DNA from: an uncultured Peptococcaceae bacterium
GTDB lineage: Bacteria > Bacillota > Dehalobacteriia > UBA7702
NCBI GenBank assembly: GCA_937919295.1
Contig: CALFRX010000275.1
Span: 1 to 28,980, forward strand
Length of the DNA stretch: 28,980 bases
Reading direction: 5' to 3'
The notes beneath the pieces were generated by a model. It had not been told where the DNA came from. It ran no database searches and saw only the letters and a list, made by a program, of their open reading frames with translations. Numbering within the stretch: the first letter of the stretch is position 1; each line of letters starts with the position of its first letter. Shown in pieces: positions 9,106-17,931 of this stretch. Both the position numbers and the translations under genes were made by a program.

Positions 9106-9734
9106 AAGAGCGGCTCCAAGGCTTTCTCAATATCGGTGGCCACGGCCTCCATTGGCCGGTTACCGTTGACCACAAGACAGCACTCTTTGCGTTTTGCGGC
9201 TTCTTTTAGATAACCTTCCCGCACCTTTTGAAAAAAGACCACTTTTTCCTGTTCCAATCGGTCTTTGGGGGCCTCTCTGTTTTCCCGAATGCGCTGAAAG
9301 CCCACTTCCGCGGGAACATCGAGAATAACGGTGAGGTCCGGCGATAGGCCGACAGTGGCAATGTCGTTCACGGCTTCCAGAACAGACCGGGAAATCCCTC
9401 GGCCGTAGCCTTGATAAGCCACGGTGGAAAGGTGAAAGCGGTCGCAGAGCACGGCCTGCCCCTGTTTTAGGGCGGGGACAATAACCTCTTTTAGATGCTG
9501 TGCCCGGGCGGCCCCGTAAAGCAGCAGCTCGCAGCGGTCGTCCATGTTTTGATGGGCCGGATTAAGCAGAAGTTCCCGGATCTTTTCGCCGATCACAGTA
9601 CCGCCGGGTTCTCTGGTCATAACGACGTCGATGCCGCGGCGGAGGAGGTATTCTCTTATGTTTTCCATTTGGCAGGTCTTCCCTGCCCCGTCAATGCCCT
9701 CAAAGACGATAAAAATGCCGTTTCTCTTCATCAT
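9102..9734 (-). CDS. tmk: Thymidylate kinase
   Basis: FIVFEGIDGAGKT, TREPGGT, LCDRF and PDLTVILDV motifs. The start is placed at ATG 9734 behind GGAAGG. Confidence 0.97.
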   Translation of the reverse strand: MMKRNGIFIVFEGIDGAGKTCQMENIREYLLRRGIDVVMTREPGGTVIGEKIRELLLNPAHQNMDDRCELLLYGAARAQHLKEVIVPALKQGQAVLCDRFHLSTVAYQGYGRGISRSVLEAVNDIATVGLSPDLTVILDVPAEVGFQRIRENREAPKDRLEQEKVVFFQKVREGYLKEAAKRKECCLVVNGNRPMEAVATDIEKALEPLL

Positions 9735-9764
9735 GACCAACCTTCCGACAGTTTACAATACTTC

Positions 9765-9792
9765 ATATTATTATCTCATATTCCGCTGTCAA
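9765..9792 (-). promoter_or_regulatory. Putative sigma-A promoter of the tmk operon
   Basis: TTGACA-N16-TAATAT on the minus strand. Confidence 0.5.
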
Positions 9793-9845
9793 ATTCAAGT
9801 ACTCCGCCGCTGTTGCCGCCGAATTCTCTGAATTCTTTCGATTCA

Positions 9846-9874
9846 TTGATTTCCCCGTTTCTTTCATGTATAAT
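9846..9874 (+). promoter_or_regulatory. Putative sigma-A promoter of argH
   Basis: TTGATT-N17-TATAAT, 38 nt upstream of the ATG. Confidence 0.6.
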
Positions 9875-9912
9875 ATAGAGAAATACTTATTTCATGCAGA
9901 GAGGAAAACATT

Positions 9913-11289
9913 ATGAAATTATGGGGTGGCCGCTTCGCCAAAAACAACGATACGCTGATGGAAGATTTCCATTCCTCTATCACCTTTGATAAACGGCTCT
10001 ATCGGGAAGACATCGAGGGTTCCCTGGCCCACAGCAAGATGCTGGCAAAGCAGGGCATCATCAGCAAAGAAGAAGGCGCGGTCATTGCGGTGGCCTTAAA
10101 AGAAATTCTATCGGAAATCGAAAGCGGTGCGGCGCAATTCGATATTGCCGCCGAAGATATCCATATGAACGTGGAAACCATGCTCATTGCCAAAATCGGT
10201 GATACCGGTAAGAAGCTCCACACCGCCAGAAGCAGAAATGATCAGGTGGCTTTGGACACCCGGCTCTATTTAAAAAAGGAAACCGAAAACATCATCGCCC
10301 TTTTAAAAGAGCTGGAGGAAACGCTGCTGTCTTTGGCCGAAACCCACAAGGAAACCGTCATGCCCGGTTACACCCATCTGCAAAAAGCCCAGCCCGTTAC
10401 TTTCGCCCATCATCTTTTGGCCTACTTTGAAATGTTCCTGCGGGATCTGGGACGCCTCCAAGACAGCAAAAAACGCCTCAATATCATGCCCTTGGGCAGC
10501 GGCGCTCTGGCCGGCACCGTGTTCCCCCTAAACAGGGAAAGCGTCGCCTGCGACCTCGGCTTCGACGCGGTGACCGCCAACAGTATGGACGGCGTATCCG
10601 ACCGTGACTTTATCATTGAGTTTTTGAGCGCTGCCGCTATGATTATGATGCACCTTTCCCGTTTCAGCGAAGAGGTCATCCTTTGGTCCAGCGGCGAATT
10701 TGCTTTCGTCTCTTTAGACGACGCTTATTCCACCGGTTCCTCCATCATGCCGCAAAAGAAGAATCCCGACGCGGCGGAACTCATTCGCGGCAAAACCGGC
10801 CGGGTTTACGGGGACCTTGTGGCCTTGCTCACCGTGATGAAGGGACTGCCTTTGGCATACAACAAAGATATGCAGGAAGATAAAGAGGCCCTTTTCGACG
10901 CCGTGGATACGGTCAAAGGCTGCCTGATGGTATTTAAGCCCATGCTATCTACCTTGACCATCAACAAAGAAACCATGCGCCTTGATGCCGAAGGCGGTTT
11001 CATCAATGCCACAGACGCCGCGGACTACCTGGCGGAACACGGCGTGCCCTTCCGGGAAGCCCACGGTATTGTCGGTAGCCTCGTGCTCCACTGCGAAAAG
11101 GAGCAAAAAACCTTAAATGATCTAACCATTGACGAATGGCAGCGCTTCTCCCCTGTGTTTAAAGAAGATATCTATGATTTCATCAAGATCGAAAACAGCG
11201 TCAGCCGCCGGGATATCACCGGCGCGCCCTCTCCCCGCCAAACGGAACTGGCAGTTAAACGCGGGAAGGAACGTCTTTTTAGCCTATAA
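9913..11289 (+). CDS. argH: Argininosuccinate lyase
   Basis: MKLWGGRF, HTARSRNDQVA, MPGYTHLQKAQP, the signature STGSSIMPQKKNPD, AYNKDMQEDKE and GVPFREAH. Confidence 0.98.
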   Translation: MKLWGGRFAKNNDTLMEDFHSSITFDKRLYREDIEGSLAHSKMLAKQGIISKEEGAVIAVALKEILSEIESGAAQFDIAAEDIHMNVETMLIAKIGDTGKKLHTARSRNDQVALDTRLYLKKETENIIALLKELEETLLSLAETHKETVMPGYTHLQKAQPVTFAHHLLAYFEMFLRDLGRLQDSKKRLNIMPLGSGALAGTVFPLNRESVACDLGFDAVTANSMDGVSDRDFIIEFLSAAAMIMMHLSRFSEEVILWSSGEFAFVSLDDAYSTGSSIMPQKKNPDAAELIRGKTGRVYGDLVALLTVMKGLPLAYNKDMQEDKEALFDAVDTVKGCLMVFKPMLSTLTINKETMRLDAEGGFINATDAADYLAEHGVPFREAHGIVGSLVLHCEKEQKTLNDLTIDEWQRFSPVFKEDIYDFIKIENSVSRRDITGAPSPRQTELAVKRGKERLFSL

Positions 11290-11303
11290 ACAATCATATA
11301 ACG

Positions 11304-11337
11304 AAAGGGATACGGTATCATTACCGTATCCCTTTTT
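11304..11337 (+). terminator. Bidirectional intrinsic terminator between argH and the BCCT remnant
   Basis: Perfect 14-bp stem AAAGGGATACGGTA-tcat-TACCGTATCCCTTT with a T-tract. Confidence 0.9.
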
Positions 11338-11444
11338 AATGGAAAAGCAGAGTAAACTACAAGAAGATTGCATTTATGATTTTGGCTCAAAAGATACCAT
11401 GTTATATAGGAGAGCCTTAAAGTTAAAAATATAATGAAATATCA

Positions 11445-11948
11445 TCAGGCTATCTTTTCTTCTCCGTCATGTTCTATAACAGCGCCTGCCAAAACGTCGT
11501 CAGCGGATAAGGCGTCCATTTCTTCTTCTACAGAAAAATAACTTATGATTTCATCTCTTGACCACGATTTGAAATCCTCCCGGATCCATTTATGGCATGA
11601 AATGACGCAACACATGATCAATAGAGATACGGGAACCGACGTAATGATCAGCACCGCTTTAAATCCGCTGAGGGTAGAACCTGCCCATAAGAGACAAAGA
11701 GGAGAAACGGAAAGTAAAGCGGCAAAAAGTATACGGAGCGGCTTTGCCGGATCACCCCAAGTATCCAGATCTTTTGTACAGGTAGCGGCCATAGAATAGG
11801 CGGCGGAATCCATGGTTGTCACAAAGAGAATAAAGGCTGTAAGGAACCAAATGCCGAGGACAAACTTGCCACCGGGTAAAGACATGATCAGTGTTGAAAT
11901 CAGCCCCGATTCATCAAAAGTATTAGTGTTCAGCATACCGGGAATCAG
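11445..11948 (-). pseudogene. C-terminal fragment (about last 3 TMs) of a BCCT betaine/carnitine/choline transporter
   Basis: SLPGG...FILFVTTMDSAAYSMA...DPAKPLRILFA...GFKAVLIITSVP...WIRED matches the BCCT C-terminus. Only about 165 of about 500 aa are present, there is an in-frame TGA just upstream, and no RBS. Confidence 0.8.
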
Positions 11949-13100
11949 ACACGGTCAGGAACGAGTTTAAATAACTTAAACAGCGCTGTCTGCGGCGCGT
12001 TACCGCCAATTCCCAGGGCATCAAAAAACATGGTGCCGCCGTTGGGCAGGGGCGGCACCTTATGGGTGGCGATGATTCTTTCCGCTTCGGCATAAGCTCT
12101 TTCCGCCAGGTCTTTCTTACCGGCGGCGATCCAGGCTTCTCTCATGGAGCGATCGAAAAGACTGGTGGTACTCTGTTTTTTACGGAAGTTGGCAAAGGTG
12201 TGGGGATGGCTGATGAGTTCACCGCCGGAGCCGATCTCCTTGATCAGGTTCACCGCCATGGCTTCGTCGTTTACCGAGATGCCTTCGATTACTTTACGGA
12301 TCATGGTATAAATTTCGTTGTCAATCACAAACTGCGCGTAATCAAAGGTAATACTGAGGTCGAGCATACCCGCGCCGTAAATCAGATTGGCGCCTTCCTG
12401 GGCCGCCAAAATAATGACATCGGTGCATTCCGGAATCAATTTCAAAAGGCTGGTCGGGCAAACATTAAAGGAAATCAAAGGACGCTGCCTCAATTTTTCC
12501 TTGCCGCCAACCTACCGCTGATGCCATTTTCAGCAGCTTTTTGGCATTTTCTGCGCCGTCAGGGCCGATAAAGAAGTGCTTCGTGGTGTTGGGAAAGATC
12601 GCCTCGGCGTTATGCAGCGCCTGGGAGGGGCCGGGGTGATCCTGGGAAACAACGGCGCGATAAGTGATATCCATATTACTAAGATAATCACTCATCAAGC
12701 TGCATTTTGCCAAATCCGCTTTGGTGCTGGGACGATAGTCTTTGGTTTCCATATCGCGGATCATTACGCTTTCCCCGAAGTTGACGAAACCGACGCGATT
12801 TTTTTCGATAACGTAATCTTTCTCCGGCGTTCTACCACAAAGTTGCAGGGTGGGGGGTGCGGTACAAATGGCTTCTGCCACAATGTAGGGAGGGATTTTA
12901 ACAATGTGGGTCACTTCATCAACAACGGCGCCGCCATCGGCAAAAATGTCTCGTGCTCTTCTACTATCCACACGAACGCCATCGTTATTCAGAACATCCA
13001 AAGTTGCGAGGTAAATCGTCTGCAATTTGTCGGGGGACTAACCAATGATCCCGAAACTGCCGAGACCATTGAAAACAGCCTGTTTGTTCCTTTTCATCAT
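11945..13100 (-). pseudogene. mttB: Trimethylamine methyltransferase (MttB family) pseudogene
   Basis: GGAGG RBS and ATG at 13100 (MMKRNKQAVFNG). It has an in-frame TAG at codon 21 (13038-13040), a frameshift near 12510, an in-frame internal deletion at 12391/12392 (AAQEG|ANLIYGAGML), and a 3' end replaced after PPLPNG (about 12040). Confidence 0.9.
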
Positions 13101-13137
13101 GAGACCTCCATTTTCTAAGATTGATGCCTTTATATTA

Positions 13138-13153
13138 TGTAAAAACCGTGCCA
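13138..13153 (-). promoter_or_regulatory. Degenerate sigma-54 (-24/-12) promoter of the mttB pseudogene
   Basis: TGGCACG-GTTT-TTACA; the consensus -12 TTGC reads TTAC here. Confidence 0.65.
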
Positions 13154-13305
13154 AATTGGAGTTCCCTCCTGATCAGGGCGTTTCCCCCGCTGCTGCCGAT
13201 AAAAAAAGAGCGTCTGCGCATTTTTGCGCAAACGCTTGGTTTCATCTCTATGATTTTCCTTCATTGCCACCAAAACACCTCTTTGGCGCCTGCGCACAAA
13301 ATGCA

Positions 13306-15057
13306 TTATGAAGAATGCTTATTTGCATGATCGCTGCCCCGTTTCAACCAGCGGTTCACCGTTGATTGATTGACCTGGAGCAATTCCGCCGCCTTATAAG
13401 AAGAGCCGGATTTCTCATAGGCCATTTTCACCAAATTGCTTTGCAGCTTTTCTTTGGCTTCTTTCAGCGGCATCAGGCCGGTGCAGATCACTTTTGCGTT
13501 GGGCAGGTCTGTGATTCCCCGAGGCGACATCCCTTCCATCAGTAACTCGTCAAATAATGCGCAATCGATATAATCGCTTTCACTGGTAACGACAATCCGC
13601 TCGATGGTGTGCATCAGTTCCCGGACATTCCCGGGCCAGGGGAACGACTGCAATTTCTCAATGACACTGTTGTCCATATGTCGATTGAAGCTGTATTTTT
13701 GATTGGCTAAATCAAGAAAATGAAAGATCATCGGCACAATATCCTTGTTCCGTTCCCTCAGGGGCGGGATATAGATGGGCATCACATTGAGCCGGTAATA
13801 TAGATCGCGGCGAAAGCCTCCCTGTTCCACCATGGAGAACAAGTTCTTATTGGTGGCGGCGATGATGCGCACATCAATGGGGATCCGCTTGGTGCCGCCC
13901 ACCCGCACAAGTTGGTGGTCCTGCAGGAATTCCAAAAGCTTCACCTGAAGGGGCAGCTCCATTTCACCGATCTCATCAAAAAAGACCGTGCCGCCGTCGG
14001 CAACCTCTAATTTTCCTATCTTGCCGCTCTTTAAGGCTCCGGTAAAAGCCCCGGGCTCATAACCGAAAAGTTCCGATTCCATCAGCTCTTTGGGGATCAA
14101 ACCACAGTTGATCTTCACAAAAGGCTTGTCTTTTCTGCGGCTCAATTTATAAACCGTGTCCGCAATAACTCCTTTGCCGACGCCGGATTCGCCTTCGATC
14201 AATACGGAAACATCCGTCGGCGAGATTTTCATCAGGGTTTTTTGGATCTGACGCATCGCAGGACTTTCAAAGATATATTTGTTTTTGGCGATGACCTGTT
14301 CCTGGAGGAGTTTGATTTTTTCGTTACTGGATTTGAGTTCCCGGGAGAGCTGACTGATTTTATCGGTGATTTCTTCAATATTCTTGGATGTGCTCAAAAT
14401 CTGGATGATCTTACCGTTTTCATCAAAAACCGGCCGGGCGGTACAGATGATCCTTAGTTTTGTGGCGGTAACGTCTACAATTTCCGCGCAGCGTTCCCTG
14501 GTCTTCATCACTTCCAACGTCAGGCTTTTCGATAAAACATTCCGTCGCACCAGTTCGTTGACGTGACAGCCGATATAATCTTTGGCGCTGATACCCATAA
14601 TGAATTCACCGCGGGGATTGATATATTGGATGAAGCCGTATTCATCGGTGATGAAGACTTCGTCTTCCATGATATCGAAGATGCGTTTATAATTTTCGAT
14701 CTGTAACTTCAAATTATTGATTTGATGGTGCGTTTCCAGGCAAAAACGGCTGAAAAAGCCGGCCTGCTCAAAAACGCCGCGAATCTCACCGTTGCTGTCG
14801 ATCATCAAGGCAATGCCGCAGCCATCGGAGACAAATTGGGCCGGGGTTTCCCATTTGATAATACTGTAGCTCAGATCGGGGATTTTTTCCGGCAATACGG
14901 AATCCACCCGCTCTTTTAGTAAATAGCGATAAATATCCTTTACAGCATAGACCTTGTATTCTTCTCCCTGTAAAATAATGTAGTTACAGTACAATTCGTC
15001 AAGGGTGAATGCCGTGTCAGGTTGGTGAAAAACAAAATTCTTCGTGTAGGTATCCAT
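13306..15057 (-). CDS. Sigma-54-dependent transcriptional activator (PAS-AAA+-Fis HTH)
   Basis: PAS domain (EVFITDEYGFIQYINP), Walker A GESGVGK, ESELFGYEPGAFTGA, Walker B FFDEIGEM, RRDLYYRLNV, WPGNVREL and a C-terminal HTH. The start is ATG 15057 (or TTG 15066). Confidence 0.95.
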   Translation of the reverse strand: MDTYTKNFVFHQPDTAFTLDELYCNYIILQGEEYKVYAVKDIYRYLLKERVDSVLPEKIPDLSYSIIKWETPAQFVSDGCGIALMIDSNGEIRGVFEQAGFFSRFCLETHHQINNLKLQIENYKRIFDIMEDEVFITDEYGFIQYINPRGEFIMGISAKDYIGCHVNELVRRNVLSKSLTLEVMKTRERCAEIVDVTATKLRIICTARPVFDENGKIIQILSTSKNIEEITDKISQLSRELKSSNEKIKLLQEQVIAKNKYIFESPAMRQIQKTLMKISPTDVSVLIEGESGVGKGVIADTVYKLSRRKDKPFVKINCGLIPKELMESELFGYEPGAFTGALKSGKIGKLEVADGGTVFFDEIGEMELPLQVKLLEFLQDHQLVRVGGTKRIPIDVRIIAATNKNLFSMVEQGGFRRDLYYRLNVMPIYIPPLRERNKDIVPMIFHFLDLANQKYSFNRHMDNSVIEKLQSFPWPGNVRELMHTIERIVVTSESDYIDCALFDELLMEGMSPRGITDLPNAKVICTGLMPLKEAKEKLQSNLVKMAYEKSGSSYKAAELLQVNQSTVNRWLKRGSDHANKHSS

Positions 15058-15191
15058 TGGTGTCAACCTCTTTCGAATGTTCTATTTTATACCGTAAATG
15101 GAAGCATGGCTATATATCTAAAAAAACGGGTGGATCAGAAAGGAACACTGAAGGTTCCTCAAAATCAAAAATCCTTTAACAAACTCACCGT

Positions 15192-16607
15192 TTATTGACG
15201 GTCAACGGCCGCCTTTACCGCAGCATCCACCGCAGCGTTCTGTTCCTCGGTCAGCGGCGTACACTTGTGGTTGGCATAAAGTTCTTTCGCTTTGGCCATG
15301 GCATTTTCGCCGTAGGAAACGCGGGTTTCATCCCAAGATTCATAGGTTCTGCGTTCACAGAGGGTGGGGCTCCACAATTCGGATCTTAAGTGGCGCAGCG
15401 TATGCATGTTGCCAAGGAAATTCCGGTCCCCGTTAACAACTTCCCGAATCGCTTCCACCGCCAAAGTATCCTCATTGACTTCCTTCTCTTTGACGACATG
15501 CTTGATGATGGAACAGATTTCATCATCCATGACGGTGGTGGCATAGTCGGCGATCAAGGCATTGTCGCCTGAACCGGCGGTACCCAAAATTGCCGCGCCG
15601 CCCAATGCAGGAACAAGGGCATTGAACATTCTTTCAAAGCCGGCCTGTTCATCACAAATCTTCGAGGAACAGGAAAAACCGGTGGGTTCGCAAGGAATAT
15701 TATAGTAATTCGACATCTGAGCGGAACAAAGCCCCGCAACACCCATTTCAGGCGCCGCCCAGAGACCGATGGCGGTGCGCATATCAATAAAGGTCACCCG
15801 AGGCGACATCACCACGGGCAGGCCCGGTTTCATCAATTCGGCGACAACGACGCCGGCGAGCATTTCCGCGTTGTGCATGGTTACGGAGCCGATCAGGGTC
15901 ATCGGACCGGTGGCGCCCATCATCGGGCAGGGAATGATGCCCAAAGGCAGACCGGCTTCCACCGTGTCGAGCAAGCCGTTGGCGGGGCCGACGGCGTAAT
16001 CGAGGGGGCTAATCGGCGAAACCTGCAGGTAAGCGATGGGTTTTTTGATCAAGTTGGCCATGCCGCCGACGGCAGCAGCCAGGACGTTGGGGATATATTT
16101 CATTTCATGATCGGATTCGATACAGATATGCAGCGGTTTGCTGGTATTTTTGACCTGCGCTGCCGTTTCACAAGTAACTGCCGCGTGTTCCGGCACATCC
16201 TTCGGGAAAATCGCGGAAATAATGTCAATATTCGGTAAACCGTCGCAAACTCTGAGATAGTCTTCCAAATCCGCCAAAGTGACCAGCTTCCGTTTGCCGG
16301 TTTCGATATCATTGATAAAGGGAGAACCGATGCAAGTTTGGGAATAAACCTTACCCGGGGCGCCCAGTTCAGCATCGTGCTTGCCGTCTCTGCTATAGAG
16401 GGTAAAGGGGCCGGGAACCGCTTTAATCGCTTTTCCTACCAGCTCTCTGGGGAAATATACGGTCTGATCTTTGACATGCAAACCAAGGTTTGCGCAAGTT
16501 TTTAAGAATCGTTCGGATTTGCTGCGCACACCAATGGTTTCTAAAATTTCCAATGTTGCTTCATGAATGCTTTCAATGTCTGTTTTACTGAGGTATTCGT
16601 ATCTCAT
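15192..16607 (-). CDS. MttB-superfamily corrinoid methyltransferase (MT1), non-pyrrolysine, substrate unknown
   Basis: 471 aa, intact, with an AAGGAG RBS. Motifs include IHEATLEILETIG, SPISPL, MGATGPMTLIGSVTMHNAE, K..DEQAGFE and TLAVEAI. There is no in-frame TAG; Ser (GFSCSSK) sits at the Pyl-equivalent position. Confidence 0.92.
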   Translation of the reverse strand: MRYEYLSKTDIESIHEATLEILETIGVRSKSERFLKTCANLGLHVKDQTVYFPRELVGKAIKAVPGPFTLYSRDGKHDAELGAPGKVYSQTCIGSPFINDIETGKRKLVTLADLEDYLRVCDGLPNIDIISAIFPKDVPEHAAVTCETAAQVKNTSKPLHICIESDHEMKYIPNVLAAAVGGMANLIKKPIAYLQVSPISPLDYAVGPANGLLDTVEAGLPLGIIPCPMMGATGPMTLIGSVTMHNAEMLAGVVVAELMKPGLPVVMSPRVTFIDMRTAIGLWAAPEMGVAGLCSAQMSNYYNIPCEPTGFSCSSKICDEQAGFERMFNALVPALGGAAILGTAGSGDNALIADYATTVMDDEICSIIKHVVKEKEVNEDTLAVEAIREVVNGDRNFLGNMHTLRHLRSELWSPTLCERRTYESWDETRVSYGENAMAKAKELYANHKCTPLTEEQNAAVDAAVKAAVDRQ

Positions 16608-16667
16608 AGTATCTCCTTTCGTGGAAGCATAGAATTGATTGATTATGCTTTATTCTCTTCTTGTTAA

Positions 16668-16683
16668 TGCAATTATCATGCCA
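16668..16683 (-). promoter_or_regulatory. Sigma-54 (-24/-12) promoter of the intact mttB-family gene
   Basis: TGGCATG-ATAA-TTGCA is a canonical match, 61 nt upstream of the ATG. Confidence 0.9.
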
Positions 16684-16766
16684 GAGACACAATCACCTCA
16701 GAAAACCGATCTCAAGCACCGCGTAAAGGATTGAAGTCCCGGAGGCGGACGCCTGACCCCTTTTAC

Positions 16767-16917
16767 AATCATGCAAAAATGCATGATTCAAATATTCTTT
16801 TTCTGATTTTCAAGGCAAAAATGCCGTTCCTTTTAATGCCGACCTTGATTTTCCAAAAGAAAGGTCGTTCATGCAAAATTGCATGATCATCATGCAGTTT
16901 TGCATGATACCCATGCA
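16767..16917. promoter_or_regulatory. Upstream activator sequences (CATGCA-N4-TGCATG palindromes)
   Basis: AATCATGCA-AAAA-TGCATGATT (16767-16788), TCATGCA-AAAT-TGCATGA (16869-16886), ATCATGCA-GTTT-TGCATGAT (16889-16908), and a half site at 16912-16917. Confidence 0.75.
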
Positions 16918-16938
16918 GTGCAGGTTTTTTGCCTTGTT

Positions 16939-17814
16939 TTACATTGTTCTCGGTTTGCCGTAAAAGAACGCTGCCATCAGTCCCGGGCCGGAATGAGTGC
17001 CGATGGTGGAACCGATATAGGTAACATAAACATCCTGAAAGCCGAACTTCTCCTTGATTCCATCGCCGAATTTTTTGGCTTCAGCGTAAATATCAGAATG
17101 ACAGATGAAGAGCACCTGGTCTTCGGGATGGGGGCAAAGCTCCTCTATGATCTGATGAATCCGCTGTATCGTCTTTTTTTTGCCGTGTGCCTTTTCCTGG
17201 ACAATAAGATGCCCCGCCAAATCAAGATTGAGGATGGGCCAGATATTCAAAGCGTGGGCAATCACCATGCCGGCACGGCTTACCCTGCCGCTGCGATAGA
17301 GATAAGAAAGATCACCGGTGGTGTAATACGTATTGACCTCCCCTTTATGCGCTTCGATCCAAGCCACGCATTCCGAGGGGGTTTTCCCCTGATCCCGCAG
17401 GTCAGCGCCGGCCAAAGCCAACATGCCGTAGCCTACTGAGGCCAAGGTGGAATCGACCACATAGACAAGGGCCGCGGGAAATTCCTCCAAAAGCTGATTT
17501 TTGGCAATCAGCGCATTGCTATACGTCCCGGAAATGCCGCTCCCCATACTGATATGAACAATGGGCAAATCATTTTTGCTCAGCGCGTTTTTCCAAAAAT
17601 CCAAGTACTGGGAGGGCGTAATCTGGCTGGTATGGGGAACTTTTCCCGCCCGCATCCACTCATAGAAACGATGGCAATCCTCATGATCCATCGTATCAAG
17701 ATAAGCGACACCGTCAATCTCGTAACTGAGTTGTAAGGGAATGATCCCGCGTTCTTGACAAATCGACATGGGCAGATCACAACCGGAATCTGTCATAATC
17801 TGAAACTGATACAT
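16939..17814 (-). CDS. DegV/FakB family fatty-acid-binding protein
   Basis: IMTDSGCDLP, PHTSQITP, SGISGTYSNA, VVDSTLAS.G.G, YLYRSGRVS and IGSTIGTHSGPG motifs. Confidence 0.95.
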   Translation of the reverse strand: MYQFQIMTDSGCDLPMSICQERGIIPLQLSYEIDGVAYLDTMDHEDCHRFYEWMRAGKVPHTSQITPSQYLDFWKNALSKNDLPIVHISMGSGISGTYSNALIAKNQLLEEFPAALVYVVDSTLASVGYGMLALAGADLRDQGKTPSECVAWIEAHKGEVNTYYTTGDLSYLYRSGRVSRAGMVIAHALNIWPILNLDLAGHLIVQEKAHGKKKTIQRIHQIIEELCPHPEDQVLFICHSDIYAEAKKFGDGIKEKFGFQDVYVTYIGSTIGTHSGPGLMAAFFYGKPRTM

Positions 17815-17902
17815 GATGAAACCTCCCGAAAGAACCTGTTGTCACGCAATAAATCTATGACTTTTCACTTACGCCACAATATTTATATTTATCCTTATAT
17901 AA

Positions 17903-17931
17903 AATATAACAGAAAAATCTCATTTGCGCAA
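17903..17931 (-). promoter_or_regulatory. Putative sigma-A promoter of degV
   Basis: TTGCGC-N17-TATATT on the minus strand, in an AT-rich gap. Confidence 0.4.

Noticed and set aside
3276-9878. Many plus-strand ORFs (e.g. 4923-5390, 6460-6954, 7788-8294)
   Set aside because: They are antisense shadows of well-supported housekeeping genes, as expected in GC-rich coding DNA.
9800-9900. ArgR (ARG) box upstream of argH
   Set aside because: The closest match, TGAAT-N7-ATTCA, has the wrong spacing (N4 expected).
11339-11434. 31-codon ORF after the argH terminator
   Set aside because: It has no RBS, is AT-rich spacer-like sequence and has no recognisable motif.
12062-13118. Plus-strand ORFs 12062-12571 and 12576-13118
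   Set aside because: They are antisense to the mttB pseudogene and have no recognisable motifs.
15192-16607. Pyrrolysine recoding in the intact mttB-family gene
   Set aside because: The ORF is continuous with no in-frame TAG, and the equivalent position is Ser.
15099-16630. Shared 9-mer ATGCTTCCA upstream of the activator (15099-15107) and the intact mttB (16622-16630)
   Set aside because: It is too short and non-palindromic, with only two copies, so it cannot be told from chance.
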